Source: Pseudomonadota bacterium
GTDB lineage: Bacteria > Pseudomonadota > Alphaproteobacteria > Sphingomonadales > Sphingomonadaceae
Reading direction: 5' to 3'
Assembly (NCBI GenBank): GCA_039819365.1
Contig: JBCBSD010000003.1
Location: forward strand, 69,953 to 133,952
Length of the DNA stretch: 64,000 bases
The notes under the pieces are model-generated. The model saw nothing but the letters and a program-made list of their open reading frames with translations. It ran no database searches and was not told the origin of the DNA. The position numbers and the translations under genes are program-made. Below, piece after piece: positions 58,038 to 64,000 of the stretch. How positions within the stretch are numbered: the first letter of the stretch is position 1; every line of letters starts with the position of its first letter.

Positions 58038-59552
58038 CTAGAAACCCAGATCGCTGGCCGACCATGTCTTCTTATAAACAGGAACGCCATTGCTCACTTC
58101 GTAAAACGCTTCGCTGAACCCGCCATCTTTGTGAAGCGTCACGAGCGCATAGCCGTTCCTCACATGGGGATCGTCAGGCGGAAACTGGCCATCATGGGTA
58201 TGTGCGTAATAATCGATATTGCTGTTATCCTCGAGGCCCCAGCCATCGCCGAACGGGATTGCGGCATGCCCGCAACAGCGCCCTTTGGTCGGCACCCAGG
58301 GGATCGAATTGCCGATCGACAGTTGGTTGTAGACGATGCCGTTATGGACATGGCCCCAATACCAGACCGCCGGTCCAACCGCCCCTATCGCCTCGCTGAC
58401 CTGCTTGAACAGAATATTGGTCTCGGCTGTAAACGTGTCGCAGGGATTGTGATGGGTCATAACCATGATCGGCTTGTTCCGGCCATGACGAGCGCAAACC
58501 GCCTTTATCTGCTCGACTTGCTCCTGATGGATCGCCGTGCCGATCGCGCCGTCCATATAGAATTTCAGGCCGTTTTCCTGATCCGAGAAATAGCCGGAAT
58601 CGAGACCAAGCAGGAGCCAATCATGATATTCGAGCGCGAAGTAGCTCAGGCCCTGCTGGTGACCGAACGGGCCTCCGGACTCGAGAGCGACATCGAAATA
58701 GCCGCTCCCGTCGCCATACATTTCATGATTGGAGTTGAGCGTGAAATTCCTGCCCGATCCCTGGTCTGGCCATAGCATCTTGAAATTGAGATATTCCTCG
58801 CCCGGCAAAGGCCGCCAGTCGGTGCCCGCATAATAGACGTCGCCCAGATGCATCAGATAGTCGATCGGCTGGGCTGTAATGTCGGCAAGCACCCGCTTGG
58901 CGGCGCAATCGCCGCCATTGCTGTCGGTGTAAAAGCCGGTACCCCAATCCCCGATGATGCCGATCACGGGATCGGGCGGTTGCTGACCGGGGTGAACATG
59001 CTCCGGCTTCGGCGTCAGCGTAGCCGTCGCGATGGTCCCCTGGTTCGGCGGTACGGGGAACGGGCTCACTATGCCGCCAATAACGATATTGATCGCATAG
59101 TTGATCGCAGCAAGCATCCAGCCCGGATCGAGCTGTTCGAAGGACTTCGTGCCGATCAGCGTCCCATCGTTCCAGGGCACCGCCTTGGTATCGATCTTCT
59201 CCACCAGCACATCATATTGCATCGGCGTAATACGGGTCGGCGGCGCGAGCTTTTGCAGTTCCTTGAAAACGCCATCGAGCAGTGCGTGCTGCTCCAGCCA
59301 TTTGTCCACTTCTTTGGGTGGATAGTGGATCCAATATAGCAGGAAGCCGGCTTCGATACTGCCCTCCGCCGGGACGGCGGGCGCCGGTTCATGCGGATGA
59401 TCGACATAGTAGATTAGCGCCAGAGCATGGTCTTCGCTCTCGACGAGATAGTGAAAAAACTTGTCGAGAGGATTGTCCCCGTCGAGTTTGAGGCCGGCTT
59501 TGAATTGCTCAAGCTGTGCCTGCTCTTTTTCCGGATTTGCCTTCGATGCCAT
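58038..59552 (-). CDS. calcineurin-like metallophosphoesterase with unassigned ~200-aa N-terminal region
   Basis: The MPE motifs appear in order: GDWGTG, GDVYYAG, NHE, THH, GHVH. A strong SD (GGAGGAG) lies 5 nt upstream of ATG 59552. There is no signal peptide. Confidence 0.8.
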   Translation of the reverse strand: MASKANPEKEQAQLEQFKAGLKLDGDNPLDKFFHYLVESEDHALALIYYVDHPHEPAPAVPAEGSIEAGFLLYWIHYPPKEVDKWLEQHALLDGVFKELQKLAPPTRITPMQYDVLVEKIDTKAVPWNDGTLIGTKSFEQLDPGWMLAAINYAINIVIGGIVSPFPVPPNQGTIATATLTPKPEHVHPGQQPPDPVIGIIGDWGTGFYTDSNGGDCAAKRVLADITAQPIDYLMHLGDVYYAGTDWRPLPGEEYLNFKMLWPDQGSGRNFTLNSNHEMYGDGSGYFDVALESGGPFGHQQGLSYFALEYHDWLLLGLDSGYFSDQENGLKFYMDGAIGTAIHQEQVEQIKAVCARHGRNKPIMVMTHHNPCDTFTAETNILFKQVSEAIGAVGPAVWYWGHVHNGIVYNQLSIGNSIPWVPTKGRCCGHAAIPFGDGWGLEDNSNIDYYAHTHDGQFPPDDPHVRNGYALVTLHKDGGFSEAFYEVSNGVPVYKKTWSASDLGF

Positions 59553-59660
59553 GCGAACTCCTCCCCTTCGGAAAGATAATAGCACGGTTTATGCCTGCCC
59601 GGCGGATCGACTGATCCGGCGCGGTTCAATCAGGCTTGTCGGCGAAACGTCCGGTGCGTC

Positions 59661-60902
59661 TTATGCCAGTTCTACCGGCGAAACCTCATAGCCTTCGCGC
59701 TCGAGCGCGCCGATCAAGCGTTCGAGATGCGCGCGGTCGCGGGTCTCGCATTCTATATCGGTGATGAGGCCCTTGGCGGGCAGCGTCGTGAACACGCGCT
59801 GGTGATAGACTTCGATGATGTTGACCTGCTGCTCGTCGAACACCTTGGCGACATGATAGAGCGCGCCGGGCCGGTCCTTGAGCCGGATGCGCAGGCGCGC
59901 CAGACGGCCGTCGCGCGCAAGATCGCGCAGCAGCACATTGGCGAGCAGCCGCGTATCGATATTGCCGCCGCACAGGATCAGGCCGACATTCTTGTCCTTG
60001 AACTTGGCCGGATGGTCGAGCATCGCGGCCAGCCCCGCCGCGCCCGCGCCCTCCACGACGGTTTTCTCGATCTGCAACAGCAGCGCCACCGCGCGCTCGA
60101 GATCGCGTTCGCCGACCAGCAGGATATCGTCGACCACCTCGCGGATGATCTCCAGCGTCAGCTCGCCCGGCTGTTTCACCGCGATACCTTCGGCCAGTGT
60201 ATCGCCTTCGCAGGGCAGTTTGAGCCCGCGCATCTTCGAATAGGTCGACGGATAGAGCTCCGCCTCGACACCGATCAGCTCGATCCCCGGTTTCATCGCC
60301 TTGGCCGCCACGCCCATGCCCGCAATCAGCCCGCCGCCGCCGATCGGCACGCACAGCGTATCGATCTCCGGCACGTCCTCGAGCATCTCGATCGCGATCG
60401 TTCCCTGGCCCGACGCGATATCGGCATCGTCGAACGGGTGTACGAAGACGAGGCCGCGCTCTTCGGCGATTTCGCAGGCCCGCGCCTGGGCATCGTCGAA
60501 CCGCTCGCCATCCAGCACGACGGTCGCGCCATGGCCTTCGGTCTGCTGGACTTTCACCGTCGGCGTATGCTGCGGCATCACGATCGTGACCGGGATGCCG
60601 AGCCGCGCGCCATGATAGGCGACGCCTTGCGCATGATTGCCCGCCGAGGCCGCGATCACGCCGCATTTCTGCTCGCTGTCCGAGAGCTGCAACAGCTTGT
60701 TGAGCGCGCCGCGTTCCTTGAACGCCGCGGTAAACTGCAGGTTTTCGAACTTCAGCCAGACATTGGCGCCCGTCATCTCGGACAGCGTCCGGCTGAGCAT
60801 CGTCGGCGTGCGGACGATCGCGTCCGCGATCCGATCATGCGCGGCGCGGACGCTCTCCAGCGTGACGGTCGAATCGGCTCCGGTATCTGCTGCTGTCGCC
60901 AT
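59661..60902 (-). CDS. ilvA: threonine ammonia-lyase (short form with one ACT-like regulatory domain)
   Basis: It has the PLP-Lys region FENLQFTAAFKERGA, the glycine loop GGGGLIAG, and a C-terminal ACT-like domain (RLKDRPGALYHV). Confidence 0.9.
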   Translation of the reverse strand: MATAADTGADSTVTLESVRAAHDRIADAIVRTPTMLSRTLSEMTGANVWLKFENLQFTAAFKERGALNKLLQLSDSEQKCGVIAASAGNHAQGVAYHGARLGIPVTIVMPQHTPTVKVQQTEGHGATVVLDGERFDDAQARACEIAEERGLVFVHPFDDADIASGQGTIAIEMLEDVPEIDTLCVPIGGGGLIAGMGVAAKAMKPGIELIGVEAELYPSTYSKMRGLKLPCEGDTLAEGIAVKQPGELTLEIIREVVDDILLVGERDLERAVALLLQIEKTVVEGAGAAGLAAMLDHPAKFKDKNVGLILCGGNIDTRLLANVLLRDLARDGRLARLRIRLKDRPGALYHVAKVFDEQQVNIIEVYHQRVFTTLPAKGLITDIECETRDRAHLERLIGALEREGYEVSPVELA

Positions 60903-60987
60903 AATGGGCCCGCCCTAGCCTATCTGGCGTCTGCGGCAAACACATCCTATGGGTCGCGCTACGGCACGAACGGCAGGCGGCAACCCA

Positions 60988-61854
60988 ATGGCAAAAATCG
61001 CATTTCTCGGGCTCGGCGTAATGGGCGCGCCCATGGCGGGGCATCTGCTGAACGCCGGCCACGACGTAACCGTCTATAATCGCACGACATCCAAGGCGGC
61101 CGATTGGGTTGCGCAGCATGGCGGGCGCAGCGCCGAGAGCCCGGCGCACGCGGCGGACGGCGTCGATGCCGTGATCGCCTGTGTCGGCGCCGATGCCGAT
61201 GTCGAAGCGGTGACGCTCGGCCCGGACGGCGCGTTCGATGCGATGCATGAGGGCACGCTGTGGATCGACCATACGACCGTATCGGCCAAGCTCGCGCGCA
61301 GGCTGGCCGAAACGGGGGAACCGCAAGGCATTCATTGCGTCGACGCGCCGGTGTCCGGCGGGCAGGCAGGCGCGGAGAACGGTACGCTCGCCATCATGTG
61401 CGGCGGCAGCCGACGCGCAATGACGCTCGCCGAGCCGATCATGCAAGCCTATGCGGCGCGGATCGTCCATTGCGGCGATGCGGGCGCGGGCCAGCAGACC
61501 AAGATGTGCAACCAGCTCGCCATCGCCGGCGTTTTGCAGGGTCTGTCCGAGGCCCTGCATCTCGCCAAACGCTCCGAACTCGATCTCGACCGGGTATTCG
61601 ATGCGATTTCGGGCGGCGCGGCGCAGAGCTGGCAGATGGACAATCGCTGGACGACGATGGCGCGTGGCGAGTTCGATTTCGGTTTCGCGGTGGACTGGAT
61701 GCGCAAGGATCTCGGGCTGGCGCTCGAAGAGGGCGAGGCCAAGGGCGCGACGCTGGACCTCGCGAAGCTGGTCGACGGCTATTATGCCGAAGTGCAGGCG
61801 ATGGGCGGCGCGCGGCAGGATACGAGTTCGCTGGTAAGGAGACTGGAAGAGTGA
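60988..61854 (+). CDS. NAD(P)-dependent oxidoreductase, 3-hydroxyisobutyrate dehydrogenase family
   Basis: It carries KIAFLGLGVMGAPMAGHLLNAGHDVTVYNRT, DAPVSGG and QQTKMCNQ. Confidence 0.88.
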   Translation: MAKIAFLGLGVMGAPMAGHLLNAGHDVTVYNRTTSKAADWVAQHGGRSAESPAHAADGVDAVIACVGADADVEAVTLGPDGAFDAMHEGTLWIDHTTVSAKLARRLAETGEPQGIHCVDAPVSGGQAGAENGTLAIMCGGSRRAMTLAEPIMQAYAARIVHCGDAGAGQQTKMCNQLAIAGVLQGLSEALHLAKRSELDLDRVFDAISGGAAQSWQMDNRWTTMARGEFDFGFAVDWMRKDLGLALEEGEAKGATLDLAKLVDGYYAEVQAMGGARQDTSSLVRRLEE

Positions 61855-61859
61855 AATCG

Positions 61860-63590
61860 ATGATCCGCCGTGCAGGCGCGTTGGCAAGCCTCGCGCTCGC
61901 GGCAGCCCTCCTCCCCGCTCCGGCCCAGGCCGATGCGCTGATAGACAACGCTAATGGCTATACGCTGGACGAGCAAGGCGACCTCGTCCGCTTCACCGGT
62001 CTGCTGTTCGATCCCGAAACGGGCCGGGTGACGCAGCTGCTTCGCCGCAACGACGATCGCCCGCGCGAACTCGATTTCCGGCACGATGCGCGCGGCCAGA
62101 CGGTCATCCCCGGCCTGATCGATGCGCACGGCCATCTGATGGGGCTGGGCTATAATGCTATCCAGCTCGATCTGTCCGACACCACCAGTCTCGAAGAGGC
62201 GATGTCGCGGCTCGCCCAATATAGCGCGGAAAACCCGACATTGCGCTGGTTGGTCGGCGGCGGCTGGAACCAGGAACGCTGGGGCCTGGGCCGCTTTCCG
62301 ACTGCCGCGGACCTCGACGCCGCCGTTTCGGACCGCCCGGTATGGCTGGTGCGCGTCGACGGACATGCCGGCGTCGCGAACAGCGCCGCCATGGCCCAAG
62401 CCAATGTCACAGAGTCGGCGCAATCGCCGGCGGGCGGGCGGATCGAGCGTGACGGCCGCGAGCCCAATGGCGTCTTTATCGACGCTGCCATGGCGCTGGT
62501 CGAGCAGGCGATCCCCACGCCGCAGCCGCCGGTGCGCGATATGGCGCTACGCGAGGCACAGGAATTGCTGTTGAGTTATGGCGTGACGACGATGCACGAT
62601 ATGGGGACGAGCGCCGACGACTGGGGCGTAATCCGCCGCGCGGGCGACCGGGGCCTGTTGCAGATTCGCGTGATTTCCTACGCCAACGCACTCGATACGC
62701 TGCTCGATATCGCCGGGGATGCGAAGACGCCCTGGCTCTATGACGGGCGACTGCGGATGGTCGGGCTCAAGATTTACGGCGATGGCGCGCTCGGATCGCG
62801 CGGGGCGCTGCTCAACGCGCCCTATGCCGATGCGCCCGGCGAAACCGGGCTGGCGCTGATCGACGGGATCGCGCTGCGCAACCGTCTCAGCCGCCTCTCG
62901 CTCGATCGGTTCCAGGCCGCGATCCACGCGATCGGCGACGGCGCGAACCGCGAGGCGCTGGGTGCGATCGAGGAGCTCGCCTCGCGCTATACCGACGATC
63001 GGCGCTGGCGGATCGAACATGCGCAGGTCGTCGATCCGGCCGACCTGCCTCGCTTTGGGCGGCACGGCATCATCGCCTCGATGCAGCCCGTCCACCAGAC
63101 GTCGGACCGGCTGATGGCCGAAGCGCGGCTCGGCCCGAACCGGTTGACCGGCACCTATGCCTGGAATTCGATGCTCCGCGTCGGATCGCGGCTCGCCTTC
63201 GGTAGCGACTTCCCGGTCGAAAGCCCCAACCCGTTCCCGGGCCTCGCCGTGGCGATCAGCCGTCGGGACGCCAGCGGCCAACCGCCAGGCGGATGGCAGG
63301 CCCATGAACGCGTGTCGCTGCAACAGGCCTTTGCGGCTTTCACGACGGATGCGGCGTTCGCGGGCTTCGCCGAAGACCAGGTCGGACGGCTCGGCGAAGG
63401 ACTGTACGCCGACTTCCTGATCCTTGACCGCGACATTTTCGATGCGACGCCCGAGGAAATTCGCGCAACACAGGTGGCGGAAACCTGGGTCGGCGGCGAA
63501 CGGACCTGGGTGCGCGGCGCGGCCGACGCGCCGCCGATGGATGCACCCGTCGGGCCGATGATTTCCGAAGATGATGAGGTTGGGCGGTAA
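61860..63590 (+). CDS. secreted amidohydrolase (Amidohydro_3, YtcJ-like)
   Basis: The signal peptide is MIRRAGALASLALAAALLPAPAQA. It has the metal-binding GLIDAHGHL and a later HAIGD motif. The start was chosen at 61860, 5 nt after the upstream stop. Confidence 0.85.
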   Translation: MIRRAGALASLALAAALLPAPAQADALIDNANGYTLDEQGDLVRFTGLLFDPETGRVTQLLRRNDDRPRELDFRHDARGQTVIPGLIDAHGHLMGLGYNAIQLDLSDTTSLEEAMSRLAQYSAENPTLRWLVGGGWNQERWGLGRFPTAADLDAAVSDRPVWLVRVDGHAGVANSAAMAQANVTESAQSPAGGRIERDGREPNGVFIDAAMALVEQAIPTPQPPVRDMALREAQELLLSYGVTTMHDMGTSADDWGVIRRAGDRGLLQIRVISYANALDTLLDIAGDAKTPWLYDGRLRMVGLKIYGDGALGSRGALLNAPYADAPGETGLALIDGIALRNRLSRLSLDRFQAAIHAIGDGANREALGAIEELASRYTDDRRWRIEHAQVVDPADLPRFGRHGIIASMQPVHQTSDRLMAEARLGPNRLTGTYAWNSMLRVGSRLAFGSDFPVESPNPFPGLAVAISRRDASGQPPGGWQAHERVSLQQAFAAFTTDAAFAGFAEDQVGRLGEGLYADFLILDRDIFDATPEEIRATQVAETWVGGERTWVRGAADAPPMDAPVGPMISEDDEVGR

Positions 63591-63595
63591 ATATT

Positions 63596-63730
63596 TTGTC
63601 AGAATTTCCTTTCAGGAAATCGTCGCACCAGCCCTCTCCCCCTCCCGACCTCCCAATAAGTGTACCCTGTGGGAGGTCGGGAGGGGGAGAGGGCTGGTGC
63701 GGCGACATTGCGATAGCAATGTTCTGACAA
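63596..63730. repeat. palindromic intergenic element, copy 2
   Basis: The terminal inverted repeat is TTGTCAGAA...TTCTGACAA. It has a flanking 6-bp hairpin on each side and a central perfect 31-bp stem (63625-63655/63670-63700, 14-nt loop). It shares its core with 27173-27277. Confidence 0.9.
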
Positions 63731-63731
63731 A

Positions 63732-64000
63732 CTAACCCGACAACTCCATCAGCATCCCGGCAGTCAATATCTGCGGCAGTATCTCCGGTTCGCTGTCTGC
63801 GCCGTAAAACAGATAGAGCGGCACGCCCGAGCGGCCATGGCTTTCGATAAAGCGGCCGATCACGGGATCGCCGGTCGTCCAGTCGCCGACCAGCACGGCA
63901 ATATCCTCCACTGCGAAATGATCGGTCACGGCTTCGCGGCTCAGCGCACCGGCTTCGTTGGCCTTACAGGTGATGCACCAGTCGGCGGTGAAATAGACGA
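63732..64000 (-). CDS. thioredoxin-fold domain at the C-terminus of a DsbD/ScsB-like thiol:disulfide interchange protein (5' end outside window)
   Basis: The frame stays open to the window edge. Upstream of the track ORF it reads VYFTADWCITCKANE (a CXXC motif), followed by VLVGDWT...GVPLYLFY. Confidence 0.75.
   Translation of the reverse strand, partial: VYFTADWCITCKANEAGALSREAVTDHFAVEDIAVLVGDWTTGDPVIGRFIESHGRSGVPLYLFYGADSEPEILPQILTAGMLMELSG

Noticed and set aside
1-64000. I looked across the whole window for CRISPR arrays, IS elements, prophage genes, toxin-antitoxin pairs and recognisable defence systems.
   Set aside because: I saw no regularly spaced direct repeats and no transposase, integrase, recombinase or phage structural motifs. 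No small two-gene TA-like pairs were seen in any frame. The only repeats found are the two palindromic elements and the 37-bp direct repeat reported above.

Overview
This is a 64-kb high-GC chromosomal segment (mid-60s % by eye, not computed). Its gene content and order fit an alphaproteobacterium, most plausibly Sphingomonadales. Supporting cues are a DUF1153/SciP-like gene, GGAAC-N16/17-xGTT (EcfG-type) promoter motifs, hisZ-purA, an aminotransferase-hom-glpX-recJ-tRNA-Glu backbone, phaC-phaP and alkB. I call 62 protein-coding genes (2 cut by the window edges) and one tRNA-Glu(UUC). I also call four intrinsic-terminator hairpins, a few candidate promoter or operator sites, two copies of a structured palindromic intergenic element, and one 37-bp direct repeat pair. 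I saw no rRNA, CRISPR array, transposase, integrase or phage genes. Most of the window is housekeeping: purA, aroC, fabI, pdxH, mnmA, murA, clpS, hom, glpX, recJ, ilvA, sdaA, ndh, plus RND and ABC transporters. The most interesting parts are listed here. (1) A translationally coupled periplasmic beta-helix protein plus diheme c-type cytochrome, followed by a methyltransferase, of unknown function. (2) A secreted caspase-fold protease with three N-terminal PPC-like repeats and a C-terminal EF-hand loop. (3) A compositionally odd, apparently leaderless gene bracketed by a 37-bp direct repeat that duplicates the 3' end of the neighbouring flavodoxin-like gene. (4) A tandem, translationally coupled pair of paralogous nucleotidyltransferase-like genes. 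(5) A metallophosphoesterase with a ~200-aa N-terminal region I cannot assign. (6) A nested palindromic repeat family whose two copies differ by compensatory base-pair changes. I did not find a clear, self-contained novel multi-gene system. All calls come from reading the ORF translations and the DNA; no database search was run. Start codons were chosen from RBS and N-terminal homology logic and may be off by a few codons.
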